64,000 nt of DNA from Oopsacas minuta (lineage: Eukaryota > Animalia > Porifera). The position numbers and the translations under genes are program-made. Location of the stretch: NCBI GenBank assembly GCA_024704765.1, contig JAKMXF010000006.1:1-64000 (forward strand), written 5' to 3'. Below the pieces are notes generated by a model, which searched no databases, was not told the origin of the DNA, and saw only the letters and a program-made list of their open reading frames with translations. Positions 36,027 through 48,739 of the stretch are shown piece by piece. Numbering within the stretch: position 1 is the stretch's first letter; the number at the start of each line of letters is the position of its first letter.

Positions 36027-37819
36027 GTTAATACATAATTCTAGTTATGGATTTTTAGTGTACCGACTATACTTTAGTATAGTGGCCCAGTATTGAAATG
36101 GTTGCCTCTTTATTATTATTATTATTATTTTTTTCTCTGTGAAAGCTTTGCAGTCAAAACTGGATAGAATTAAGGTGATATATGGTGTGAGAAATATTGA
36201 AGATATTCCTCGGGTATGCTTCTCCCCTTTGCTAATCGTTCCGACACCAAGTACCACTATTTCACACTTTTGTCTGGACCTTAGCAAAAATTATGAAAGG
36301 AAAGGTGCCAAAGTATTCACACCTTTCGAAAGAGCAAATATTCTACACCTTCCTACTTTTCTAGAATTTTTATATTGGTTGTAGTTTTTTTGCTGAAGGT
36401 AAATGAAAAATATTCATTTATAGCACTATGTCATTGGTAATATTTCTATTGTTCTTAGATGTTAAATATTTATTAATTAAACAATAGCTTTGATTATTTA
36501 TATAATATTTATGAATATAATATTTTTCAAATTCACAATGGATAATTTAAAAGATATGTATTTCCCCGATTATTTAACCTTTGAATAATCTTAGAGGATT
36601 GTTCTAAACAGCAAAAGGGGTAATTCAATATGTTGATTCCGAATTTCATACTCTTGAATTTGTACCTATAAAATCTCCTCTGGTATTTCCTTCTATTAAT
36701 ATTATTTAGTCAACTGATAATTACTGAAAACAAATTGAACATTATATGAACAGTATGATCATAGTAAATTGTAAATATATTGTTTGATGCATTTGAAATA
36801 CGAGCGGAGCGAGGAAAAAATATAAAATTACAACCTGTGCTGACAGCTCCATTATTTAGATTAAGTGAAGGACATGTCTGCTTTGATGTAAATTCCTTTC
36901 CTTGCATCTTGTTGATTGGTTAATTTGTATTAATTTACTAACTTAGTGATTCTATTTATATAATCCGTTTGCTAAATAAAAATACTAATACTGAGCAGTT
37001 TCATTAGTTATTAAGTGAATTTATTCAATCCTACACACGTTTGTACAGTTGCATGGACATTTAATCAAATCAACTATAGTGAAAAGAATGTGTCTAATAG
37101 GCAGGATGTCCAAATCGCATTCTAATGTCATTTTTTGCATTGGTTTTTGAATAATTTGATTGTTTAGAGGATGTTAGTAGACTTTTGTGGATTTTCTACC
37201 TCTTAGGTAAATTCATGATTGTATTTCCTCTGTAATATAACAAGTAATAATATTGAAGCGAAACATGTTTTGGAGTTAGCTTTTTTTACACTAAATTTTT
37301 TGAATGTTGATTATAATTTTGAATTATTTATTAAGAAAATATCATTTATTCAATGTTTTGTTTTCTTTCTACAGATTCTTATCAAACCTCTTCACTATGT
37401 TCAACAAGTAATACTTATATGATTAGTTATTAGTATTCAGCAAGATTTTTACAATTTTAAACATTCTTAAGAGAAGACACGTTTCGTATTAGTGGTGTTT
37501 ATGTTCACAACATTGTGTCCCTTCAGGAATGAGGGAAGCAGAACAATGTGTTAAACCTTATGAAAGCCTATTTACTATTACACATTAACACTACACACAG
37601 ATTAATTACGTTTTACTGTATAGATATATTAAGGAGTACGCTAGTGGAAATTTTCTGCTTTTCCACCTTCAAACCAATATTTTGATTCCCATTTACCACA
37701 AAATCAATCTCACAACAAATAATATAAATTCTTCTACTTTTACATATGTAAACACTAAGAATAGAAATTCTATTTATACAATTACAATTTACAAAGTTTA
37801 AATCAAGTCTTATTGTGGG

Positions 37820-37870
37820 TACAAAGTATATCTCTATATTACAAAGTATATCTCTATATTACAAAGTATA
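37820..37870. repeat. 20-bp tandem repeat, 2.5 copies
   Basis: tacaaagtatatctctatat twice plus a partial copy, just 3' of the MACPF gene. Confidence 0.9.
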
Positions 37871-37912
37871 ACAATGCAATAGATTGTAAGTTAAAAATTC
37901 AAAAAATACACA

Positions 37913-39244
37913 TTACCAATTAATCTTAGACCTCAGAAGGTAAGACCCATTTTCTTCTGATGACCAAATCATCTCCCAAATAGTATTACGAGTACACTCA
38001 CAATCAACGCCGTATAAATTACAACCTTGCCAGGCGTTACCAGATCCCTCAAAAATAGTAGGAACCTTCCTACCTATATTCGTGCTAGACTGAAAAGTTT
38101 TGTAAGACACACAAGAATCTCCTCTACATTCACACCAGAATGCATCTCTATAATGACAATCTTCCTTAACTTGACAGCCATAAGGGGCTATAATACATTC
38201 GTATTGAGGATAAGCATCAGTACTTGTCTCACTATGGTTAAACTTCTGTAACTCAACGTTAGTAGCACTCACAAGGTAATCACAGCCGAAATTAAGATAT
38301 CCCTCGTAGTAAGCTTGTAGATTAATTGCCTTAGCGTAATGCTCTGTATTATAATATTTGCTTTGCAAAAGTTCCCAGATTGGCATGAATTTGTATTGGA
38401 TTGGTGAATGAGTAGAGTTAGCTTCTTCGAAGAATTTCTTGGTTAGTTCTAAAGAGTGGTTGACGTAGAGAGCTGATCTTGTAGCTAGCGTACCTCCTCT
38501 TAATACGAGGCGAGAAGAGATAGACAGACTAGATACGGATGAATTATCTTCTTTTGTAACTCCAGAACAAATATCCAACCCAATACTCCCTCGTGGAATT
38601 GATCCTGCAAAATCTAAACAAGCTTTAATACCATATTGTTTGGCAGTATAACTATTACTTGCATCTGAAAAGCAATGCTGATATATTCCCGAACCATATT
38701 TCACATCAGTTACAATATGAGAGTTATATGTATCAAGGAATAACTGGTAGGGTGTCCATTCCGATTTCAACCAAGGTTTCTCGATGGTTGTAGGTAATTT
38801 CTCAAACGCCTCGACCAGTGAAACGTCAAGAGCTTGATTGTGCAAACATTTATGATCCATAGAAGCCTTAGAACTTTGTGAATATGCGCTGTAAGTAGAA
38901 CCACGTACCTTATTAGAACTACCACTAATACTATTAGTTATGAACCCCAGTGTAAACCCCATAGTAAAGTCTACCTCTAATTTGAGAGATATGGATGTAT
39001 CACTTGCAATGGAATGATAGAAAGACTTTGTATTCTCATAGAAACTAGAGTCACCTTGTATTATATCAACATCAGGGAGGGAGAGTATGCACTGGGGAGG
39101 TAGGTCTTTGAATACGGGGTATCCTCCAACTAGGTCATCATCCAGGAGACCGACTTTAGGCACGTAGAAGCTGGTACCGATCGGTGAGGTATCTGGCATA
39201 GCTCCCTCCAATAAGAAGATAATTGGAATGAGAATCAATAGCAT
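37913..39244 (-). CDS. Secreted MACPF pore-forming protein of the sea-anemone PsTX-60/AvTX-60 (DELTA-alicitoxin/thalatoxin) type
   Basis: Signal peptide; SFYENTKSFYHSIAS, KPWLKSEW..Y..FLDTYNSHIV, KAC..FAG, LVLRGG, SPIQYKF.PIW.LL..KY..TEHYAKAINL..YY.GYL.FGC, GCQ..EDCHYR.AFWCEC. Confidence 0.9.
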   Translation of the reverse strand: MLLILIPIIFLLEGAMPDTSPIGTSFYVPKVGLLDDDLVGGYPVFKDLPPQCILSLPDVDIIQGDSSFYENTKSFYHSIASDTSISLKLEVDFTMGFTLGFITNSISGSSNKVRGSTYSAYSQSSKASMDHKCLHNQALDVSLVEAFEKLPTTIEKPWLKSEWTPYQLFLDTYNSHIVTDVKYGSGIYQHCFSDASNSYTAKQYGIKACLDFAGSIPRGSIGLDICSGVTKEDNSSVSSLSISSRLVLRGGTLATRSALYVNHSLELTKKFFEEANSTHSPIQYKFMPIWELLQSKYYNTEHYAKAINLQAYYEGYLNFGCDYLVSATNVELQKFNHSETSTDAYPQYECIIAPYGCQVKEDCHYRDAFWCECRGDSCVSYKTFQSSTNIGRKVPTIFEGSGNAWQGCNLYGVDCECTRNTIWEMIWSSEENGSYLLRSKINW

Positions 39245-39374
39245 TGTCTTTGACTATAAATGATGCTACAATAATCTACAGCATAGTTGTCAAGTCTCGC
39301 AGATCTAAAGTGCGATTCACGAAATTTCACGTTCATTAAGTGTTGGTAACTTGGGGTATAGGTTATTGAATATA

Positions 39375-39613
39375 CCATTATTACCTTGAATAGTGGCCGG
39401 AGCGATCATTAATTTCAAGCCCCTTGAGAGGGAAGTTGCGATCTTTGTAAGCACGTTAATTTTACATAATTATACCAATGAGCTTGTGCTTAAAGTATGT
39501 TTTTATCCTAAACAATAGATTGTTCAAAATAGTAATAGGTGAAATGTCGATTCACTGTATGCAGTTATTAGTTTTAGGAGCTTCTGGGGAGGCGATTATT
39601 CTAGGTAATACGG
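39375..39613. mobile_element. pogo-like MITE about 130 bp upstream of the MACPF gene
   Basis: ta|ccattattaccttgaatagtggcc ... ggcgattattctaggtaatacgg|ta. Confidence 0.55.
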
Positions 39614-40303
39614 TATTCGCAAAATTTCATGCTTTTGGAGGTAAACTGTTTTTTTAAATAGTTTTATTTCATGCAAAATGCAATCCAATACTACATAAAC
39701 TTGTGTATTAAATTCCACTCTTAAGTATTGTAATACTTAAGATACATGATATGATATGAATCATAATCTTAACATCTCTATTGAATCATTATATATACAT
39801 ACCCAACATTACCTAATCCTGGGATAAACTAAGCTGGTTAGTTCATAGGTTAATTAAGATAAATTGTAAGATTAATGGTGCAATGAAACTTGAGTAGTTT
39901 TGTAATCCTGAATTAACTAATATTGACCCTGCATGTAAATCCCTGCTATAGTTTTCTACACATAAATTAGGAAAGGGAGGAGTGAAGAGCTCATTGACCC
40001 CCTAGAGTCCCAGACAACCGATACCAAGCACCTAATTTAAATATTAATTTACTAAAATCGGTTAGTGCAGGTTAGTGCCAACTGACAACAGTGCAGGGAT
40101 TTCTTTCTATTTTCACCATTTTAGGTCCAAAAAGGTTACAACTACTCATTGGATGACTCGGGATAAGCAATCGACTTCCTATCCAATGCGAACGTAGGGA
40201 TTAACGAATGCACACAGTGACACACAAATAAAACAAAGGTCTTAGCTTTCGAAACGCTTCGAATGATCAACTATTACATAGCATTAATATTAGTAGTATA
40301 CAG

Positions 40304-40461
40304 CAGTTAACATCCGGTAACTCGAACCCTTTTGGGGAAATCAAAGTCTGTGCGAGAGAGCGAATGTTCAAGTTAACGGAAGGGATATATGCTAAAAATT
40401 CACGAAGGGAACTGAATATTTGTTCAAGTAAACTGGCGTTCGAGTTACCGGATGTTGACTG
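40304..40461. mobile_element. Tigger-like MITE
   Basis: TIR cagttaacatccggtaactcgaac / gttcgagttaccggatgttgactg, followed by TA. Confidence 0.75.
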
Positions 40462-40976
40462 TATTTATATACATAATACATATATTACAATTTAGCTATA
40501 AATACTCTTACTGACTTTTCCGTGCAAAATATTCGGCGAGCCCAGATATATTTCGAGCGACAAATCAGAGCCTAGTAAGTATTGTCTATAGTCATTGTTA
40601 ACTGTTCTACTTACAGCTGAAATTACATAATTCGATAAAAATATGCGATTATTCAACATTACGAACTCTAATATTGGCTATTCAAAGTCTTATTAATTGA
40701 ATTATTAATATAAGTATATACAAAGTAAACCGTTTTTATACGAATTTTTGTCTTCATTTAACGGGGATTTAGCATCATATATATACACTGCCTATTCGAA
40801 GGTGTACCGTGACACCTGATATAACAGATATCTCCTGGGTTAGGTAATATAATGAATTTAACTTTAGTGTCAATTCAATGAGGCAGAATCTTACTTCAAA
40901 TATGTATACATGACATGGGTAATGTAGTTTCTGCTTTCCTGGTCACCTGGGACCTTATTCATTAAACTACTTAAAC

Positions 40977-41040
40977 TTAAGTATTGCTAAAACTAAGTAT
41001 TTACAATATTAAGTATTGCTAAAACTAAGTACTTACAATA
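40977..41040. repeat. 32-bp tandem duplication
   Basis: ttaagtattgctaaaactaagta(t/c)ttacaata twice. Confidence 0.9.
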
Positions 41041-41200
41041 TTATGGGGGACGAAGCAAATACTTAGTTTGAACTTAGTTTTCTTGTCGATACTAAGTATT
41101 TATTTAAGTCTAGTCCAGAGATGAGTTACCTCATAAATTGTTTGTACGTATATCATTACGAAAATTCTACCTGAGTAATGATAGTAGCACCGGTGTAGCA

Positions 41201-42212
41201 GTCCAGGTCAATAATCAACTAATGCACAGCACATGGGTTACAAATACTGGATGCAGGCTTCCAATGAATATCCAAATTGTATATACCACTTTCATCTCTC
41301 GTATTAATTATGTAATTCAAAAACTCAATAAAGCTGATGGCATATTTATTCTGGTACTGAACCAAGTCGGTCTATTTGTTTGAGAATATCTTACTTCTTT
41401 GAATCAGACAAATGTGTGTATTGTCTTTCAAAGCTTTGCCTATCGTGAGGATATCTCTTCAGGTAATTTGAATAATAATAGCTTTTGCATATGTATTCAT
41501 ATACTCATATCTAGGTGGATCTACGAATTTGTTACAATAACCTGAGACAAGACGTTCGAAGGGATGTCTGTGTACGAAAAATTTCGTATAAGTTTGGATA
41601 CGATGTGCTATTTCTCTGAGCGGTTCGAAGTGATTAGTCAAACTAATGTTATATACCAAATCCATACTAGTAGGTACATTTGGGCCTATCATCTTTGCAA
41701 ATTGTATTGTCCATGTATCAGATGATGCCTTTGGTACAAGGCAATTTATTACTTCAAAATCATCATTGAAATGTAAGAAGTATAGAGAAGAACCAAGCAC
41801 AAGTTTGTAGTCTATTTTCTCTGGAAGTTCTTGGCAGGTCTTATTCACAAATTCAAGACGTTCAAAGAACTTTGGGTAGGCTTGTGTAAGAGGATGTGTT
41901 CCTTTCTCTGTCATAGTCTGAACATATTTCTTCGTGAAAAGTATTTGTCTTTTACTAAATTCGGTTTCTATCAATATTTCTCCATTCCAATTATTTCTGT
42001 ATTCAACCCAGGAGTTGGATGAAGAGTAGAAACTTGTACTGTGTAATTATTCGGAATTTGTAACGTGTGAGAAAGATTTCTGTATGATAAATTGGAATTT
42101 GTTCTTTCAAATATTGCTCGGATGATAAAAATATTATTGCAAAAAGACCTGTTAGAAGTGTCCATACTAGACTCAAGGTTATGTAGTAAAATTGAAGTTT
42201 TCGGGCATGCAT
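41201..42212 (-). pseudogene. Sulfotransferase pseudogene, paralogue of 29-1285
   Basis: TM-anchor ORF, then frameshift to SWVEYRNNWNG..HPLTQAYPKF..HRHPFERLVSG, further frameshift, in-frame stops (SKK*DILKQIDR; CNPCAVH*); the C-terminal motif was not found. Confidence 0.88.
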
Positions 42213-42431
42213 ATAAAGGTTTGTAAATGAATCACTAACTGTAACTGTATCAAGATGTTTTCGAAATGCCTTTTAGTTTTTGAACTGTTTATAATAAGGA
42301 AACTGATATTTATAATGATTCTGTTACGCGATTGGCTATTTATAGTGCTTTCCTAATTCAAGGAACAAAATGAACCATTTTGATACCCTAATTTCCTGGA
42401 CGGAACTGACAAGTTCTACTGTGCCGATCAC

Positions 42432-42623
42432 ATAGACCCCAACCTATTATTCTCCATATGCTGGTCATCACACCGTTTATATGGCTTATTGAAAATATTG
42501 AAAAGCAATGGTTATAGTTTCTATTAAAAAATATTACTGTAACATAACATTGAGACTAGGATAATCAAAATATATAATTTGGTTATACAAGTTATTGCTA
42601 AAAATGCATTTGGCTGGTCACTT
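42432..42623. repeat. Dispersed repeat, copy 1 (copy 2 at 63581-63791)
   Basis: Shared atagaccccaacctat..ggtcatca.accgttt..atagtttcta..catttggctggtcactt, same orientation. Confidence 0.8.
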
Positions 42624-42859
42624 AAGGCGTATGTGATTAGACTTTAGTATAAGGCTCGGTATTGATCTCAGTGGTTTTTTGTTTGTAGTTCCGTATCCGC
42701 TCTACAACACACAACGTTTATGACTAAGAGCTGAAAATATACCTTGCGTTTTCGGTTTATATAGACGCACAGATATATTGAAAATCCGTCCAGAATTGGC
42801 CCGAAATGTGACAATGAAGAATTATTTGCCAATTTTATTTTGGATGCTAAAAAAATCGG

Positions 42860-45800
42860 TTAACCTGCTGGTTCATCCTTGCCAACTGTCCCGCGATCTT
42901 TATCAGTGTCATAGAGGAATAATTCAGAATCACATTTGGAAGAAGCGAAATACAATGGAAGACACAATGGAATATACAAGAAGATAAAGTATAGGAAGAT
43001 CGTCATAAAAGTAGGAAAAAGGTAGCAATAAATGTTTCGTAATTTATCATAACATACATATCTCATGAAGATCAATTCTTGCCACAAGTCATTGGAAACA
43101 ATCATATAGTGTATCTGGATATCTCCTCTTCAACTCCTCAACTAGTAATATCCGATAGGTGATATCATCAGGGTTTTTAACAGCCTCATGGGTCAGTATA
43201 TTACCTTCTTCATCTGGGATATCTAGACATGAACCTGTTTTTAGAAGTTCTGTAAATGCATAAACATTCAGATGTTGTATAGCATCGTGCATAGCAGTTC
43301 TTTTATGCTTATCTTGAATACAAATTAAGTGTTTTGCACTGCAAGGGGCGTTTTCTTCGTGCTTTCCATCTAATTTTTCACAAGCATTCAGTACGCTGTC
43401 GAGGATCGGTTGATGAATTGTGGATACCTCTGTACATTTTTGACCATCTGAGAATGATGGGATTATTGCAAGATGAAGGGGTGTTCGCTCATTATCATCT
43501 CGGATATACATTGCTCCTATATCAACATCTAAAAGAATGTTTACTACGTCAGAATATTTCCGTTCTATAGCTAGATGTAATGGCGTGTAGCCGTTATGAT
43601 TTTTCAGACGTGTAATAATTCTGTCTGAATCTGAAGAAGGTTCAGGCTCATTTTTCAAAATTGTTTCAATAAGGACCATTCGTTTTACTGAATCTAGAAA
43701 TTCAACTGCTATATGTAGTATTGTTGATTTATCGTCTTTATGTGGATAGAATGGAGATTTTGATTGAAGAAGAAAATTGGTAACTTCGATATTACCATTT
43801 TGTATGGCTAGATGCAGAGCTGTGTCGCCATTCAAGTTTCTTATTGACAGAAAGGTTTGTTGATTGGGGGCATTTTCATGAATAATTTGTACATAAAGTA
43901 AATCTTCTGTTTTAACAGCATAATGTAGCGAGGTTTCACCATTATTGTCTTGGACATAAAGATCTGGTTTGTGTTTCAAGAGAACATTCAAATTATCCAT
44001 TGTTTAGCATGTATACAAGAATGTAACATAGTTTGTCCTGAAGAATTTTTCAAATCTAGTATACTAGAATATTTACTCGTCAATTTGATGGATTGAGAGA
44101 TCCATTCTAAAACGCGATTAATAAATTCACAAGATTTACCTTGGACAATCATAAGTTGTATTAATGTGTTCTTTCTTTCACCATGTGTGTAGTGCAGCTT
44201 TGGAAAATGTTTGAGGAGAGACATTAGGGCATCTGGAGTTTGATCCAAAATACTCAAAATTTCTAAAGAGATGTACATTTGATCAGATTGTCGAATAAGA
44301 TTATGGAGAGATTGATCCAATTTTGAATCTACACTGCTAGTAGTATCGACCTCAATCTCTTCACTACTACCTCCAATCAACGCTGTACTGTTCAAACAAA
44401 ATTCTAGGAGGTCCGTTTCATCGTAATCATTTGAATCGCGTTTCAATTGTTGAATTCCAATAATACATAATGTTAAATCCAAATGTTCCTCTACACAAAT
44501 AGATTGACAAAATTGCCTATCGGTCTCATTGAAAGTATCAGGAAAAGGTTCGGGGGATCCACTATTGTCAACTATCTCTTCGTGTAAACTGTCTGCCATT
44601 GGTTGACTTTCTGATTGTTCACTTGAGAGTGAATCTAAAATAGTTGCTAATCCTCTCGAAATTTCTTGCTTTGTAACATTAGGGTTTAACATAGAAAGAA
44701 GATGAATGATTTGAGGATTGAGGATAGCTTCTCTCTGAAACAAATTCAAATCTCTTCGTAGAATTAAAATTTGTAAATCAGTGAAGAAGTTAAGGGAATA
44801 GAATTTGTTGTGTGCAAAATCTAAAGTGACACTCCAGGTGTTTAGTTTTGCATTTCCCAACTCAATCTCACTTTTAAGTATTGGGATAGCTTCAGCCTGG
44901 CATTTAAATTGCTTAACATAATTAACATACGAAATATGGCCAAGATACTTCAATTTTTCAACCATCAGGCTTATTTCAGTGATATATCCGAAAATTGATG
45001 TGAATAATTTTATATGTTGCGTAGCATTTGATTCTGCTTTTATCAATGCAATTTTACTCTGAAGATCTTTCAAATTTTCCAAGTTATATACCCGACTAAT
45101 AGGTGAATGTTGTATGTAAAGGTGGATATTTCCATCACCACTATTGTTGTCAAGGTTAACCTCAAAATATCCCACTTCGAAGATGTCTGTGAGTTCCTGA
45201 ATTGTACTTTTACCCACTGAACTATGGGCAATTTCTAAATGTTTCCAAATATGGAGCAAGTTAGCAGCTTCATTGAAAGTTTTCAAAAACCTGTCTTTAT
45301 CCACTATTTGATCATTCACTTGATTGAAAAGGTTTATGAATTGATCGTAATTACAATTTGGGCTCATGTCGAATATTAGGGGAGCTAAAGTATTACAGAC
45401 TGAACGCAGGCATGTAATGCGGTTGATATCGAAGTCGGTTACGTCGCAAGATGTTAGTGCTAAATCTACGAAAACTTTCACTTGCTGTGTATCTTTCAAT
45501 GTAGCTCTCGCCCAAAGAATGAAATTTGGGTGATTAAGAAAAGTTTTGAGAAGAGATTCAGCGAAAGAATCGAACTTATTTACTTGTGCAAATATCGTTT
45601 CTAACTCTACTGTAATGATTTCCAAGGTATTCTCTGTTATGAATTGCTCCTTCTGTAGGTTAACTAGTGTATCTAATTGCACAAAGTCTCCTTCTTTACA
45701 GTAATGTACATGTACTTGATAAATTAAGGTAGCTACTTTTGAGGATTCTTGGAGTTGGAAATATTTAAATATCAGTCTAGCAGAGTTATTGATTTCTTCG

Positions 45801-48739
45801 TCAGGATTTCGGAATTTCAATTTCATTATACTAATTGCAGAGGATAGACAGGAAATTTCATGCTTGATTTTATCTTTAGCTTCTCGAAAAATGCTGAAAT
45901 GTTTTTCAACATCACTAAAGAATTTTGCGATTATGCAAAGTTGTCACTGTAACTTCACATTTCAGGTATGCAGGGTACCAAATTTCGTCGTAAACTTCCT
46001 GAATATCAAGGATCTTAGCTTGACTAAAATTGTATTTGCGCAATACTATTCTTTTAAAAATATTCAAAAATACATTAGATTTTCTCAAATGAAAAGACGC
46101 GTTTAGCATTTTTTGAATATGAAGCAAATTTAGATTAGTCGCTAGGATTGAATTTGGGAGAATGCGATAATCAACGGGCAAATTTCCATTGCAGATTTCA
46201 TCTAGTGGCTGCGCCTCAAAATCTATTTTCAAGAAATCTTTTAATTCTTGTGACTCTAAGAGGTGAGTAGAGAAATTGAGGATACAAATGAAATTGAGGA
46301 TTAATTTAGTTTGCTCGTCAAAAAAGTCTAATTTTTCCTTAGAAACTTGAATGACATCTTCAATACTAGCTCGATCGAATTCTGCTTGACGAATTATATT
46401 TCTAGAAGTGAGTGTGTCAAATATAGATAAAAACCTCTCCCTACCTTCGTTAAGATGTCTCAGATTCTTCATTTGAATGTTGACTGCTTTAGAGACTGGA
46501 GAATAATTACGAACTCATCTTCAGCATGTCTCACTTGTTGAGTTATTCCATAGCTATTATATTCAATCCCGTGTAACGAGAATTTAAAGAGTATTTGCCA
46601 TGGCGTCCAAGAGAGAATGTGAGACGTTGGATTCTCCTCAAAAGTATCTTTTTGTTGTTTGTAAATGACATTTAGGATTTCGAGCAGTTCTGCAGTAACA
46701 GGTAGATGTAGAAGATTTGCCAAAATGATTTCCAGGGAGGCGTGGTCTTGTTTCTGACTTAGTAAATCTATGATGCGAAATTTAAAGTAAGAATGTATTT
46801 TTGTTTCGAACTTATGGTTTGTTGATAAATATACGAAAACTTTTAGCTGAATAGTATCACTCAAATCCTGAATTGCCAGTAAGAATTGCTTTTCTACTAC
46901 TTGCTGCCAATTATAAGTGTTTGGAAATTGAAGTGAAAACAATGAATCCCATACATTTATTCGTTGGATAATTATCTCGAAATTTCTTTTATCTCGAATA
47001 TTGAGAAATGAATCAAGTTTTTGAATGAGAATCAAAATTAATTCTGAGGAAGATTTGAAATGTTTTGCATTGACGAAAAATGACTCAGAATCGTTAGTTG
47101 ATAAAATATTCTGCTGAATTTCTTCCAGCATTTGTAATATTTTTACTGTTAATGTTAGGTGTAAAAATACAATATCCGTATTGATGAATTTATCGTCTAA
47201 TTCCCATAGATAGAAAATTGATTCACACATTAGATAGAGGTCTGATTCAGTGATAAATTGCTGATTTTCATGGAGTTTGGAAATCATATATGAGTATATC
47301 TGACACCTCAATTGCATTGGTGTATAGTCACTCGGCCAGGATTTTATTCTATATACAAGAACTGGTAATAAATACTGATAGTTGATAATATTTGAGGAAA
47401 ATTGTTGAAAGTTTTCATTACTTATTGTGATCAATACAATACTGTAGGGTAGAATTGGATCATAATCCCTCAATATTTTTAGAGCCGATTCACAATAGTT
47501 CACATCCTGAAAATTGTAACAACATTTAGTATCGATATTGGCTGGGAAGCCCCAGTATTCATTAGCGAGTATTTCTTGCTGCTTATGGAGTATTACAAAT
47601 CGATTTGAAAATTTAAACATACAATGGTATAATGGTAGAAACGTTATTAAGTGTTTGCTTGAGACATTATGAGAGCCTGTAAAAATAATATTATCAAAAC
47701 ATTCTTGCAAATTTTGAATTGTCTTTTCACTATTTTGAAAGTTTTCAAAGAAGAAAATTTTATTGGCAATTAGATATGCTATACCATGCAAAGTGAATGT
47801 ATTTAATACTTTTTCCAAAAGTTTCTTGTATTCTTCTTCAGGTTTTCTCTTGCGTACCAAAAGTAATGAAAATATCAAAAATCTTAGTGATTTTTCGGGG
47901 GAATTGTCTATCTTTATCTCACTAACTATCCATCGTGTAACAGAGTCAACCTCAGGGTTAATAAAGTCGTCCTTAACTCCCAAATATGTAGAGAAGATAC
48001 CTTGTGATATAGTTTGGAGAGTTAAAACTTGTTCTTCAAAGGTAAAGAATTTTTCTTTAATATATGTATGGTTAGCAAATAAGTGGAATGAAATTTTCCC
48101 TAATTTTATATTACTTAACTTTCCTATTTCATTTGGCAATACCATGGTGTCGTATTTATCAATTATGTTATCTTGTAAGTTTCCCCATCTAATATAGAGG
48201 CAGCGGTTATATTTATCTCCTTGCCCTAGATTTTCTTCTTTACCGTTTAGAAAGTATTTGTAAGAAATCTCAAAGGAGCTTCTTGAATGAAATCTTATGT
48301 TTTCTTGAGGTATAATTACACAACCCTCCAGGAAAATGTAATCTCTCTCTCCATATTTGATTCTCTCGGTTAGTTTCATGCATGTGGTGTCCTCCTTTAA
48401 ATTACCAAATGAAACCCCATTAAACCTCAGCGTTAGATTACCATTGATAGACTTATAATGTTCTAGAAACATGATTGTTTTGAACATTATCTTGAGACTA
48501 GAAGATTGAAACGAAAGACAAATTGTTTCTTCCAAGCATTCCTTGGGTTTCGATATAATTTCGCATTGTGGTTTGGAAATTGGAATTGATACGGCATCTT
48601 CAAACTGTAGGTTTTCTCCACACATTGGGCACACTTTAAATGAATTGGGGGCTCCATTAGGGAAATTATCATTAAATTTACAATGACTAGAGACACATCT
48701 CTTAATAAGCTTCTTTGACTGAATTGGACTGCAATCCAT
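42860..48739 (-). pseudogene. Frameshifted chimera: RNF213-like N-arm, ankyrin repeats, start of a TRP S1
   Basis: RNF213-like motifs (FKVCPMCG, EISYKY, NRCLYI, KVFVDLAL, YNLENLKDLQSKIAL, FYSLNFFTDLQ, YISLEIL); same frame continues into ankyrins (GQTMLH, GETSLHYAV, GDTALHLAI, GYTPLHLAI); frame breaks near 46470, 45915, 44000, 43095. Confidence 0.8.

Noticed and set aside
43089-46471. Stop readthrough, selenocysteine or programmed frameshifting at the chimera junctions (AAA-TGA, CTT-TAG)
   Set aside because: Downstream homology is in another frame, so readthrough cannot join it; shift directions differ; no consistent stimulatory signal; indels are simpler.
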